Assembly (NCBI GenBank): GCA_951406725.2
Contig: OX597815.1
Span: forward strand, 169,198,001 to 169,262,000
DNA from: Octopus vulgaris
Lineage: Eukaryota
Direction of reading: 5' to 3'
Length of the DNA: 64,000 nt
The number at the start of each line of letters is the position of its first letter. The first letter of the stretch is position 1. Under the pieces are notes generated by a model. That model did no database searches and was not told where the DNA came from. It worked only from the letters and a program-made list of their open reading frames with translations. Made by a program: the position numbers and the translations under genes. Shown here piece after piece: positions 50,735 through 64,000 of the stretch.

Positions 50735-51505
50735 CTGAGTGTTCCTTTATGTTTATGCTATTTAAAGCCTGTGATGTTGATGTGCTGTAACAGTGGTGTG
50801 ACAATCACATATTGAATATCTAGAATGCCTTTGATTTCATCTCATACTTTAGCAGTCCAACTGCCATGTGAGTAATGTAAATTCTATGTCTTTGGCATCA
50901 TCCCATAGTTACAGTAATACAAAACATACATGGATAAACAAATACAAAAGGTTTCATTTAGTAGACAACAATTAAATGCACTAATGTACTTAGGTTAAGT
51001 GATTGATGATTATTTACAACAACAAAAAAAAAAATTTCATTTTCTCCTATTTCTCACAGTTATCACTATCCCTCCAGGAAATACTCTTCTCTAACTCTTT
51101 TTGCCTTCCAGTTTGACTAAACATTTACCTGAGTAACATGCATATAGCTGTGTGATTAAGAAGCTCACTTTGCAACAATGAGGTTTGAAGTTCAGTCTCA
51201 CTGCATGGTACTTTGGGCAAATGTCTCCTATATAAACTCTGGGCTAACCAATGCCTAGTGAGTGGATTTGGTAGACAGAAACTGTGTGGAAGCGTGTATC
51301 ATATATATGTGTGTGTGTGTGTGTGCATGCGTGCCAGTGTGTGTGTCTGTGTTTGTACTTGTCCTTCCACTGCTTGATAACCAGTGGTGGTTTGTTTATA
51401 TCCCTGTAACTCAGTGGTTAGACAAAAAAAAAAAAAAAGAGATCAATAGAATAAGTACCAAACTTAGGAAAAGACAAATACTGACAATGATTTGTTTGAT
51501 TAAAC

Positions 51506-52008
51506 CAGGGGTCCCCAAACGAGGTCTGAGGGACCCCTTAGGGGTCGGCAAGGAATTACAGGGGTCAATGATAGCCAAGGGATCGAATGGGGGCTGGCAT
51601 GCAAAAGACCAGCTTACCCAGATGAACTGCTTGAAATACTTAGCCAACGCCATCCTCGTCCCTCACATTGATGCTGTTAATTTCAATAAAAGATATTCCA
51701 GCAATATGATGCGTTTTCCACTTTTTCTAACCGTGAAAACAATTTCATAAAAATTGAAAGTTTAATACTGTATACTCGTACATGCAGTCTTAAATCTAAA
51801 AAGTGCATCATCTTCAATAGAATTTCTTAATTTGTCGTATATGTATATTTTAGCCAACATTTTAATTGCCAGCATCAGTACCCAGAATGCATTTAAGATA
51901 TGATACAGTAGGGTAGGTTATTAGGATATTTTAAATGAAGAGGGTGATTGATCTGGAAGGAGAAGTGGCTAAAGGGGGTTGATGGTCGAAAAAGTTTGGC
52001 GACCCCTG
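51506..52008. mobile_element. hAT (Charlie-like) non-autonomous element nested in a SINE A copy
   Basis: TIRs CAGGGGTCCCCAAAC / GTTTGGCGACCCCTG with 8-bp TSD gattaaac / gattaacc. The host SINE (51145-52075) continues on both sides. Confidence 0.88.
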
Positions 52009-53259
52009 GATTAACCCCTTCAAGGCAGTACCCTAACATGGCTGAAGTCCAATGACTGAAGCAAGTAAAAAATAAAATATATAGATATTACAGCACTTAA
52101 CACAACTTATATATTTATTTAGTATATTATTCTTTAGTTTCTTTTTTTAAAAAAGTGACCCACTTTGCAGCATACAATTTTTATCAAACTACTTTCATAT
52201 TTTAAAGAAGGGGTGAGTTTGGGGGGAAATATTTTTGTGAAAAGTGGCAATGCATGCAGACAAGTTCTTGACGTCTAACTAGAAGTAGTAGTAGTAGCAG
52301 TAGTAGTAGTTGGGTGGTCTGCAAATGAGATAGCCTTTACAAACACTGTTTCAAAAGAATTTCTTAATTTATCTATATACAGCTGTGTGGTTAAGAAGCT
52401 AGGTTAGCAATCATGTGGTTTCAGGTTCAGTCACACTGTGTGGCAATTTGGACAAATGTCTTCAACTAGAACCCTGGGCCAACTAATGTCCTGTGAGTGA
52501 ATTTGGTAGAGGGAAAATGTGGAAGCCTGTGTGTGTGTATGTGTGTGTGTGTGTGTGTGTCTCTCTCTCTCTCTCTTTGTTATTGTAACTCTGTTCTACT
52601 GATTGACAAATGTGTTGGTCTCTTCATGTCCCCTATAATTTAGTTTGGCAAATTATAGGGTAGCAGGCTTAAAAAAAAAGTACTGAGATTGATTTGTTTA
52701 ACTAAACCTTTCAAGCCGGTGCCCCAACATGGCTGCAGTCCTTTGACTGATACAAGTAAAGATTAAAGTTAGTATTATATCACGTCTACATTTGAACATA
52801 GGAATGATTTCAGCATATTTCTTATTCTAAGAATCTGTTGAGACTGTGGTTAAAGAGCTGAATTATGAAGGTCAAGTTATATTTGATAAAGAATCATCAT
52901 TATTGTCATCACCATTTTTATTCATGCTCGTATGGGTTAGACTGAATTCAACGAGGTAGATTTTCCACAACTGGATGTCTTTCCTGTTGCCAACCCTCAC
53001 TTGCATCCAAGGAAAGTAATATTTCCCCATGTCCAGACAGGTTTTCAGAAAGGAAATGAAGGACACCACTTGTATGATGGTGATACTCACAGCTATCATG
53101 CTGTATTAAGATAAGGAGGCACACACACACACACACACGTGATGGGATTCTTTCAGTTTGTGCCTACAAAATCCATTTATATGGCATTGGTTGGCCCAGT
53201 GCTATAGTAGAAGACACTTATCCAAGGTACCACGCAGCCATGTCTATTATATTACACTT

Positions 53260-53475
53260 AACGGTTTCAATTTTTGGCACAAGGCCAGCAATTTTGGGGG
53301 AGGGAGTGAGTCAATTACATCAACCTCAGTACTCATTTGGTTCTTATTTTATCAACCCTGAAAGAATGAAAGACAAAGTCAACCCTGGTGGAATTTGAAC
53401 TCAAACAGCAAAGACAAATGAAATGCTGCTAAGCATTTTGCCTGGCATGCTAATGATTCAATCAGCTCACCACCT
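53260..53475 (-). mobile_element. SINE family B copy
   Basis: ggcacaagg...gaatgaaagacaaagtcaaccctggtggaatttgaactc. Confidence 0.8.
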
Positions 53476-53654
53476 CATATATATTACACATAATATCCTA
53501 CAGAGGTTTCAGACTCCAGACTAGAAAGAGTAGCATGAATACTATTTAATAGAATCGTAAGGATCTAGTTGCATGATCCTCTTTAAGGTATAGGTGTAAA
53601 TGCTACAGAGACTGTGAAATTGTTTTTGTTGGTGTTTATTTTTCAATGCTTACT

Positions 53655-54958
53655 CTTTTACTTGTTTCAGTCCTCTGACTGTGGTCATGCTGGAGCACCG
53701 CTTTAGTTGAGCAAATCACCCCCAGGACTTATTCTTTGTAAGCCTAGTACTTATTCTATCGTTCTCTTTTGCCAAACTGCTAAGTTATGGGGACATAAAC
53801 ACACCAGCATCGGTTGTCAAGCGATGTTGGGGTCACAAAAACAGACACACAATCATATACACACACACATACATGTATATACATATATATGACGGGCTTC
53901 TTTCAGTTTCCATCTACCAAATCCACTCACAAGGCTTTGGTCGGCCTGAGGCTATAGTAGAAGACACTTGCCCAAGGTGCCACACAGTAGGACTGAACCC
54001 AGAACCATGTGGTTGGTAAGCAAGCTACTTACCACACAACCACTCTTATGCCTTACAAAGAATAAATTGAACTGTACAGCTACTTTGGTTTAGCACCCAA
54101 CATCTTTTCCTTTATGACAACTAAGTCAAAGAAATTATTCTGTTTGACTTCTCCTTAGAACTTTATTTATAATGTTCCAGGTTTGTTTATATAATGTTAA
54201 AGTGCAGTATGGCTGTGTCATTAAGAAGTTTGCATTGCAACCACATACTTTCAGATTCAGTCCCTTTTTGTGACACTTTGGCCAACTGTCTTCTACTATA
54301 TGGCTCCAAGTTGGCCAAAGCCTTGTGAGAGAATTTGCTCTGTAGAAACTTAAAAGAGACTGTGCGTGCATGATCACACATGTGTGTGTGTGTGCATGCA
54401 CGCTTGTGTTTCTGTCAACTTGTTTTGATACGGCATGTTAAATGCAAACAAACATTATCATCCTACAAATGGTGCTATTTCTTGGTAAGCTTTTGTGAAA
54501 ATATGTCTAAGTGTCAAAAATATTGTTTGGAAACAGATGAGAGTTTGCAACAGGAAGAGTATCTGGATAGCTGTGTGGTAAGTAGCTTGCTTACCGACCA
54601 CATGGTTCTGGGTTCAGTCCCACTGCATGGCACCTTAGGCAAGTGTCTTCTACTATAGCCTCGGGCTGATCAAAGCCTTGTGAGTGGATTTGGTAGACAG
54701 AAACTGAAAGAAGCCCATCATATGTATATATATATATGTATATGTGTATGTATGTGCTTGTGTGTCTGTGATTGTCATCTCAGTATCACTTGATAACCAA
54801 TGCTGGTGTATTTACGTCCCTGTAACTTAGCTGTTCAGCAAAAGGGACTGATAGAATAAGTACTAGGCTTACAAAGAATAAGTCCCGGGGTCGATTTGCT
54901 CGACTAAACATGGTGCTCCAGCATGGCCGCAGTCAAATGACTGAAACAAGTTAAAGAG
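53655..54958. mobile_element. Inverted pair of young SINE family A copies (minus 53655-54050, plus 54568-54958)
   Basis: Both are near consensus and in opposite orientation. Confidence 0.85.
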
Positions 54959-55632
54959 AAACTGTTCCTAACTCACACAAGCATGTAAAAATAGACAATG
55001 AAATAATGATGATGAAGAGATAATGTCTAAGTTGTCAGTTTAAAATTTTATTTGTAAACTATTTCCATGATTTTCATAAATATATTATAACAAACACTTG
55101 AACTGAAGGATATCAGACGATGGGTTTGTGAACACTCTCATCATTAGGATCTCAGCTCTATTTATAGAGGCTGTGTGTATAACTAGCCCTTTAGTCAGCT
55201 ATGACTATTTGTTCTGGTATTCCCAGCCACATTATATTTCACCTTTAGCGCAGTGACAGACAAATGTGTCAAGGTATTTTTTCGTATGCTTTTCTTCGTA
55301 TCCCATTTACAACTATCAAAATTTGCTTTTTATATATTCAGATTAGTTTTACTATAAATTTTCAAGAATTTTAATCTTTAGGCTATTGTGTGTCTTTTAC
55401 TTACTGAATAGATTATATTAATGAGGTGTGGAATTTCTGCTACTATTGTAGACCTGGTTTTTGTTCATTTTCAAGGTCAGTTGGTGGAATAAAGCCTAAA
55501 AGAAAGGTTTACACCAATACTTGTTGGTTTGGTTATAATGGGTAAAACACATTAAATAAAAAATGTTCAGCTGAGAAAATCAGTAGCATTGGACTCATAA
55601 ATAATTAAATTGGCATTAAAGTCACCACATTG

Positions 55633-55870
55633 GTATGTATGTATGTGTGTGTGTGTGTGTATGTGTGTGTGTGTGTATGTATGTGTATGAGTGTATGTGT
55701 GTGTGTGTATGTATGTATGTGTGTGTGTGTGTGTATGTGTGTGTGTATGTGTATGTGTGTGTGTGTGTGAGTGTGTGTATGTATGTGTGTATGTGTGTGT
55801 GTATACGTGTGTGTGTGTGCATGTGTGTATGAGCGTGTATGTATGTGTGTGTGTGTGTATGTGTGCCTGT
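55633..55870. repeat. (TG)n/(TATG)n microsatellite
   Basis: Direct reading. Confidence 0.95.
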
Positions 55871-57930
55871 CTATCTATCTACTTGTTGCAGTCACTGGAT
55901 TGAGGTAATACTGGGGCACCAACTTGAGATGTTCAGTTGAACAAATTGGCTCCAGTATCTATTTTTTTTTCAAAGAGTGGTCCTTATTTTATCAGTCTCT
56001 TTTGCTGAACAACTAAATTATGGGGACGTAAACAAAACATACTGGTTCTGGTAGTGGACAAACACAAGCACATGTACAGATGTATGTATGTATATATATA
56101 CATACATACATACACACACACAACAGGCTTCTTTTAGTTTCCGTCTATCAAATCCACTGACAAGGCTTTGGTTGGTCTGAGGGCTATAGTAGAAGACACT
56201 TGCCCAAGGTGCTGTGCAGTGGGACTGAACCCAGAACCATTTAGCCGAGAAGCAAACTTCTTACTACACAGCCATGCCTGTGAAACTACCATTTCTGACT
56301 TAATTTCTGGTCTGTAAATTTGACTTGCATGCCAGAAAATACTGTAAATGAATATTGATTTCACTGCGACAAGTAGGAAGCCAATTTTGTAATAAAACGG
56401 GAAGGCAAGGCATAGTTGACTAAATCAATCCAGAACTTAGGAAGGAAATATAAAACTGACTCCAATGAAAATTGAAATATATAAAAAAACAAACAAAAAA
56501 AAACAACAACAACAAAAAACAGAATAATATTAATGGAGGAGAAAGAAAAGGGGAAATTTATTAATCCATCAAAAATATATTTCGGATTAAATGTATATTT
56601 TATTTGTATTAATGAGCTTTCTGGAAGCACATAGTGGCTTAGTTTGGGATTAAATTTATATTAAAACCTCAGTGTGGGCAGATAAGGCAACAGGAAACAT
56701 TTTAGATAAGCTGATATTAAAAATGGAGATTACAGAGATACACCTCAGAGTATTATAAACAATATTGCAAGACATGTGGAGAAATAATTTTTGTCTTGCA
56801 GGGGAGCAATTATTAATAGAAATTAGAGAAAAAAAAGGGCTAGTAATTAAGATTTTTGAGACAGGTGTTAATTTAGATTATGTATCTTTTATCTGTTACT
56901 TGTTTTAGTAACTGGGCTGCAGCCATGCTGGGCCACCACCACGAAGAATTTAGTTGGACAAATCAACCCCACTACTTACTTTTTTTTAAAGCCTGATATT
57001 TATTCTACTGGTCCCTTTTACCGGTTGTCAAGCAGTGGTGGGGGACGACCACAAACACACACATGATGGGCTTCTTTCAGTTTCCATCTACCATATTCAC
57101 TCACAAGGCACTGGTCAGCCTGGAGCTATAGTACCAGACATTTATTTACCCAAGGTAACATGCAGTAGGACTGAACTTGAAACCATGTGGTTGGGAAATA
57201 AGCTTCTTACCACACAGTAATGCCTGCAATGTATTTCAACTGAAAGCTACTAGAACTAAAAATAAATAAATAAAAATAAAATTTTAAAAATATATAAAAA
57301 AAACCAAATTACTGAAGCTTTCACAATTCTATCACCTCGTTGTTAGAAGATATGGGTTTTAAAACAAGAGTTACGTTTATCAGATAAACATGTACACAGT
57401 CTATTAAAAGCTTCATAGTGGGTACCCTGTTCAAACGTATAAAGTCTACAGTATACACTCTGTAGAAGACTTTTCCTGCTAGTATTTATTTTACTGTTTT
57501 AGACCAGCCTCCCATACTGAATATCTGACAAAACAACCATTCTAATATACAACACTATAGACTTCCGTTAGTCCAATACGGTTATCACCATCAAAAAAGG
57601 TTGAATCAGAGAATAAATAAAATAGATTAGATTTATCAATAGTGGTTTTCAAACTAACACAACAATGTTTCTATGCCTTTATACTGATATGATAATAAAA
57701 CAGAACTAGTTGCTTTGAACACTAAAGCTGTTTATGAGTTATTATTGAAAATATCTTATATAAATAAGGAATAAATAAATAAATAAATAAAACATACACA
57801 ATGTTTTAATATTAAGAGAACTGTTATACAGGAAATATTCTGTAGTTTCAGCTATACTTTTACACCTAGTCAAAAATAGTCTCTTTTTTTTTACTTTCTC
57901 AACGAAACTATCTTAATTAGAATATATGCA

Positions 57931-57978
<48 letters not shown>

Positions 57979-58104
57979 TGCATATGTACATATGCATGTA
58001 TATGTACATATATATGTATATATGCATGTCAATGTACAAACATGTATATGGTGCCCCAGCATGGCCACAGCTTTGAAGCTGAAACAATTTAAAATATATG
58101 TATA

Positions 58105-58446
58105 CTCTTTACTCTTTTATTTGTTCCAGTCATTTGACTGTGGCCATGCTGGAGCACTGCCTTTAGTCGAGCAAATCGACCCCAGGACTTATTCTTTGTA
58201 AGCCTAGTACTTATTCTATCGGTCTCTTTTGCTGAACCGCTTAGTAACAGGGCCGTAAACACACCAGCATCAGTTGTCAAGCGATGTTGGGGGGACAAAA
58301 ACTGACACACAAACACACATATATACGACGGGCTTCTTTCAGTTTCCATCTACCAAATCCACTCACAAGGTGCCACGCGGTGGGACTGAACCCGGAACCT
58401 TGTGGCTGGTAAGCAATCTACTTACCACACAGCCACTCCTATGCCT
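58105..58446 (-). mobile_element. SINE family A copy with an internal deletion
   Basis: Consensus reverse complement that jumps from cacaagg to tgccacgc, a deletion between the two caagg motifs. Confidence 0.82.
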
Positions 58447-60088
58447 TTATGTTGGCATAAATATATGTGTATTTATGTATGTATGAATACACACATACAC
58501 ACATACATATGTTTGTATCTATATGCATGTATGTGTTATAAAAAGAATTCATCAACATTGTAATTAGCATTTTTGTTAATCTGCTAATATCTATATCTGC
58601 CGGCTAAATTGCTTGTTAGACCCATATGACTCAATCTCAGTAAGAGGTCATGAAATTGGGAGTGAAAGGAAGCAGAGTATCAGATTTTTCACAATCCTCG
58701 TCAACGTGATAAAGCTAGCAATCTATACTCTCTCTCACAGAACACAAGCCACTAAACAAACCAATAATGAAATTGCTATGAGATTGATTGACCTGCTAGA
58801 AGTAGCAGCCCAAATCCCTTAACTCTCACTCCATCTACCGTTTTAAAAAAGGAAAGGACACATTGATGAATAATATCAGAGCAACAAACTTTCTTGTACT
58901 CCCAAGAAACTTTAAGCTTTGGCCTTCTGAGATTTGATCTACCAAATCCCAAGTCATTTGTATTTTAATTTTTAAAGCCTATCCAGCTATGGCCTCTCTT
59001 TATAAATATTCAGACATAACCTGGGTCACTGATACTCAAAGTTTACCTATCAATTACATTTAGCTCAGTGATAACACTGTCATAGATACCCAATACCCAA
59101 GAAAAATATGGATGGTCATGGCTGGAATTCTGAAGATCATAGATCTGTTTCATTAGGGCTACCTTGATGTTAAACAATAACAGCACACTGGCCTCAATGC
59201 TTAGATGTTGTTATGGTATTCAGATCAGTAGAAACTGGGTTTCATAGGAAGCTGACAACCAAATGAGCAGAAGAAAAAAGAGAATGAGATTCCAAATACA
59301 TGCAACTTCAGAAAGCAGCCACTCAAATACTATAAAGTAATTAGCTGGCCCCATGCCATAAAAAATGACGGCTAATTGTAGTAATTTATATATAAATAAG
59401 GTAAATAATAATCACGGATACAAAAATTGACATACTTCCCTTGTACACACACACACATATACTCACACAGAGTTGAAACGCTGTTTGATTTTTCACCATC
59501 CCACTTCTATTGCACACACGCACACACACATGCACACGAACAAACATTCACATGACTCCCTCCCTTTTACATACACACACATATACTCACGCAGAGTTGA
59601 AATGTGGTTTGATTTTTTTTCATCATAGAACTTCCATCATCCCACTACCGAGTTTACCACCATCCCTTCCTTTCTCATTCATATGTTATGACAGAGAAAG
59701 ACACAAGATTATTATTATAGTAGATGTTTACACTACAAAAGGGATAACATCATCATCATTGAATAAGCACCCACGTTTCCATGCTTGCTTGGGTCGGATA
59801 TAGTTTATTGATATAGATATTTTAGCTCTGGATGCCTTCCTGTTGCTAATCTTCCCCTGTTTCTAAGCAAGGTAATATTTCCTCATGGATAGATACATTT
59901 ATGCAGAATGTTAAAAAGGAACGACACTGCTTGTACAATAGTGACACACTCACTTATCATGTAATGCCATGACAAAGAGACACAAACATACACACTCACA
60001 TGCATGTAAACATACATATATATATACATACCATCATCATCTAACATACGTCTTCCATGCTGGCATGGGTTCCATGCATGCAGACATA

Positions 60089-60645
60089 CAGGGTGGGGGC
60101 AGAGAGGATGGATGTTTTTGAAATGGTTATTATTCAGCTCCAAGGGAAGGGACATATGTCCAACAGGTACCATTTGGCCCATGGTGCCTTAGCAGTCTTT
60201 CTTCTTTTCAGGTGAAGCCCTGAAGCCATGGCGCTGTGAATTATAGAGCATCGTGTGTTTGCCTACAACAGTTATGTGAAGAATAATGAATCTGTCACAG
60301 CAGTTCAGCGTGAGTTTCGGCACCACTTCAACATTCACCGAAATTAGGCTGTCCTCACCCATAACACAATCTTACATTGGGTGAATGCACTTCATACACA
60401 GGGTACACTAATGAGTAGGAGCACCACAAATGGTATGGATCCTGCAAAATGTGTAATGCGTCAGACAAGCTTTCAGAAATGCATCAACAGAAACGGACAC
60501 CACATGATGGATGTTGCTTTCCACACTTGATTTTGATAAATGCTAATTCAATATGAACATATTGATGTCAATAATATTTGTTTGCATCTAAAATTAATGA
60601 TCTTGTGAAATTTTTAAAAACGCCCATCCTCTCTGACCCATCCTA
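60089..60645 (+). mobile_element. Tc1/mariner-type deleted element (DUF4817-like HTH remnant)
   Basis: TA|cagggtgggggcagagaggatgg ... ccatcctctctgacccatccta|TA. Remnants read EHRVFAYNSYVKNNESVTAVQREFRHHFNI and QKCINRNGHHM. Confidence 0.82.
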
Positions 60646-60699
60646 TACATACATACATACGTGACCATATTGAGACTGATGGGTCAAAAGAATATTAGT

Positions 60700-61076
60700 G
60701 GAACTTAAAAACTAAAACAATAACCAAGTTAAAACACAACTGGCAAGATTTTGTTGTGTGGGACCACAAAGAAAATATACGTATTGTTGTGGAAATCAGC
60801 TGCCCTCTGGATACCAACATGGTTAGAAAAATACAATAGAGAGAGGACATATATGGACCATTGATAAGGAATTTGCAAATCTAGTACCCAAGATACACTT
60901 TCAGCTTCATACTTATTATTGGAGCAACAGAATATGTACCAACCCATTAAGGACAAAGTGTGGCTAAACTTGGGATCTTGGAGAGAAAATACAAATCCTT
61001 AATTCATATGTTAGAAATGATCACAATATCTGGGCCTATAAAAATCTGCAAGACCTTCTTAAGATTTAAAGGATGA
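60700..61076 (+). mobile_element. RLE-type (R4/Dong/NeSL-like) retrotransposon 3' fragment
   Basis: KLKHNWQDFVVWDHKENIRIVVEISCPLDTN...YGPLIRNLQ...IIGATEYVP...KICKTFLRF*, a degenerate restriction-like endonuclease. Confidence 0.75.
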
Positions 61077-62054
61077 TGGTTAAAACAAGATGCTTTCCTT
61101 CACAACCAGGCGGCTGGACAAAATTTACTCTAATTAGAAAGAGAACACACATACATGTGCACACACGACAGGCTTCTTTCAGTTTCTGTTTGCCAAATTC
61201 ACTTCCAAGGCACTGGTCAGTTCAGAGCTATAGTAGGAAACACTAGCTTGAGATGCCATGCAATGGGACTGAACTTGAAACCATGTGGTTGGGAAGGAAA
61301 CTTCCTAACCACACTGCCACACCTGTGCCTATATATATATCAGGAAAAAGAAGAGAGAAGATACTGGAAAATGTTGTGCTTAATCTATAAGAGAATCTGG
61401 TTTTTCCAGGGAGTAATTTAGCCACATAGCCTAGTTATAAATTAATGAATGCCATTACCAAATAACAAGTTGAATTGGTACTCAGAAAAAAAAAAAGAAG
61501 ATATATAGAGAGATTTATTTTCAAACTCAGTAGGCAACTTGCTGAAGCAGTAATTAATGAGAAGTATTAGAAAAGGACAGTTTCAATAGTCACACAGAGA
61601 AAGGGACAGAAAGGCAAATAGGAGATGATGATGATGATGGTGGTGATGATTAGTTTTACATTCATTTTTCCATGCCAGCATGGGTTATACAGATCCGTTA
61701 TTGGGGCACTGTTTTACAGCTGGAAGACCCTTACCTGTTTTTCACGTAAAGGATTTCTTGTCTCAACTACATGGCTTTGAAAGTATGAAGCAATGGACGA
61801 GTTATTGGCAAAGAAGTGTCAACAACAATGCTTGATGTCATAGATTTCGAATAAACAAGCTCAGATGTAAACAAGCACACTCAAGCATGCATGGACATGA
61901 ACATACATGATGAGGTTCTTTTCAGTCTGTTTAACAAATCTACATCCAAAGCTTTGGTTAGCTTGAGGCTACAGATGATACTTGCTCAAGGCATTGCACA
62001 GTAGGACTAGACCCCAAACAATATGGCTGGGAAGCAAATTTGATAATAAGAATA

Positions 62055-62235
62055 ATAAGCACAAGACCTGGAATTTGGTGAGGGGGAGTTAGTCGATTAC
62101 ACCAACCCCTGTACTCAACTGATACTTATTTTATTGATTCTGACTTCAGCAGAATTTGAACTCAGAACATAATGCTAGAATAAATGCCACAGAGCGTTTT
62201 GTCCAGAGTGCTAACAATTCTGCCAGCTTGCTACT

Positions 62236-62274
<39 letters not shown>

Positions 62275-62481
62275 TCTACTATAGGCACAAGGCCAGAAAT
62301 TTGGGGGACAGGGATAGTCAATTATATCAACCCCAGTATTCAACTGGTACTTAATTTATTGACCACGAAAGGACATAAGGCAAAGTCGATCTCAACAGAA
62401 TTTGAACTCAGAATGTAAAGATGGACGAAATGCTGCTAAGCATTCTGTCCGGCATGCTAACGATTCTGCCAGCTTGCTGCT

Positions 62482-62527
<46 letters not shown>

Positions 62528-62760
62528 TTCTTTCTAATTTTAGCACAAGGTCATCAATTTTGGGGGGAGAACATTAGTCTTCACTACTAACTCCAGTTTT
62601 TGACTAGTAATTTATTGGTCTTAGAAGGATGAAAGGCAAAGTTGACTCTGGCAGGATTTGAACTCAGAATGTAAAAAGTTGGAAGAAATACTACAAGGCA
62701 ATTTCTCTGACGCACTAATGATTCTGGCAGCATGAATAATAATAGCAATGATGATGATGA
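62055..62760 (-). mobile_element. Tandem array of three SINE family B copies with (AAT)n spacers
   Basis: Units at about 62055-62238, 62272-62483 and 62528-62732, separated by pure (AAT)n tracts. Confidence 0.9.
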
Positions 62761-64000
62761 TGATGATGACGATGACTAAGCAAGCCAAATAGTTGGTAAT
62801 CTAAAAATAGAGTATTTTTTCCCCATTTTATCTATTCTGTATGAAAGATAAATAAATGATGGTAGCTGTTGGTAACTAAAAGATTTTTATGACAGTGCAA
62901 TGGAAAAGCCCGAAAATATTTTTATTCATTTAGTCTGGAGTTGTAATCAGAAATATTAAATTAGTTTCATACAGAAGTAGTCACAAGTACAACTAGAATT
63001 TACCATCAGTGTGCTGGTAGTAAATCATAGGCACATGTATGGCTGTGAGGTTAAGAAGCCTGCTTAATAATCAACCATGTAGTTTTGGGTTCAGTTCTAT
63101 TGTGCAGCACCTTGAGCAAGTGTCTTCTACTATAGCCCCGGACTGGCCAAGAGTCTGTGAGTGGATTTAGTAGATAGAAACTGGAAGAAGCTCATCTTCT
63201 GCCCAACCAGCTCCTGCCAAACCATCCAACCCATGCCAGCATGGAAAGTGGATATTAAACGATGATGATGATGATGATGGTGGTGGTGGTTGTAAATGAA
63301 CATGTCTAGCAATGGGGGGAAATATTACCTTTCTAGGAAACAAGGTGAAGGTTGGTGACAGAAAAGGCATCCAGTTAAAGAAAATGTCTCAACAAATTCT
63401 GCCTGATCCATGCAAACATGGAAAAGTGGACATTGAATGATGATGATGTTGAATTGAACCATTATAGGTTTCTGTGTCCATGATTTCATTTGTTCAATTC
63501 TGAACTTTAGATATTTTGATCTTACATTTAAATTTCCAATCTACAATGATTCAGAATCAAGGGTTTCCTTACCTTATTCATGTTTTCATTGTCAAAATAG
63601 ATTTGTAAGTTGTAGTCTTTAACTTTAAACCTAAGGTAATTTTAAATATGTTATCTCAGATTTGAAATCATCAACTTAAATCAAGACAATTGAGTTAACC
63701 AGTTTTAGTCCTTTTTTAAAACCAGATTTCTGTTGGAATACACAACCTTTATTTCAATTAATTTGGAAAATAATGAAAAATATAGTAAAATAACTCATTA
63801 TTAAGTTGATGTTTAGAACATATATTGACATGGAATTTTGATGGGAATGGAAATTGTAGCTGTGATACGTGTGCCGGTGGCACGAAAAAAGCACCATCCA
63901 AATGTGGCCGATGCCAGCGCTGCCTTGACTCGCTTCTGTGCCAGTGGCACGTAAAAAGCACCAACCGATCTTGGCCGCTGCCAGCCTCCCTTGGCACCTA

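Noticed and set aside
59450-59645. Short direct duplication of about 55 bp
   Set aside because: Adjacent to CA repeats, consistent with ordinary slippage duplication.
62040-62760. CRISPR-like repeat/spacer array
   Set aside because: The units are about 200-bp SINEs with microsatellite spacers, in a eukaryotic intron with no cas genes.

Overview
AT-rich, repeat-dense eukaryotic DNA, almost certainly an octopod cephalopod (Octopus), judged from the tRNA-derived SINE families and the dense TA/CA/AAT/GAT microsatellites. The window appears to lie inside one minus-strand gene, a TBC1D14/TBC1D12-family Rab-GAP. Three coding exons can be assembled with GT-AG borders and matching phases: 35363-35445, 11408-11525 and 2161-2267. 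The introns are about 23.8 kb and 9.1 kb, plus at least 28 kb upstream in which I found no further exon. The rest is intronic and filled with four SINE families, LINE fragments (Tx1/L1-like, R4/Dong-like, RTE), Tc1/mariner, hAT and piggyBac MITEs, a Helitron, a Helentron/HINE-like element, Penelope-like repeats and a tRNA-Glu pseudogene. Nearly all ORF-track entries are repeat artefacts. The most interesting signals are: (1) a SINE forming head-to-tail arrays in (AAT)n tracts, one variant of which shares its 3' end with a Tx1-like LINE sitting in such an array; (2) a three-copy repeat with a hammerhead-ribozyme-like core; (3) a perfect 32-bp-stem hairpin; (4) a candidate alternative exon in frame with the downstream TBC exon; (5) a local duplication giving a filled/empty SINE site pair. 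Repeat boundaries are approximate and family names are from recognition, not database searches.
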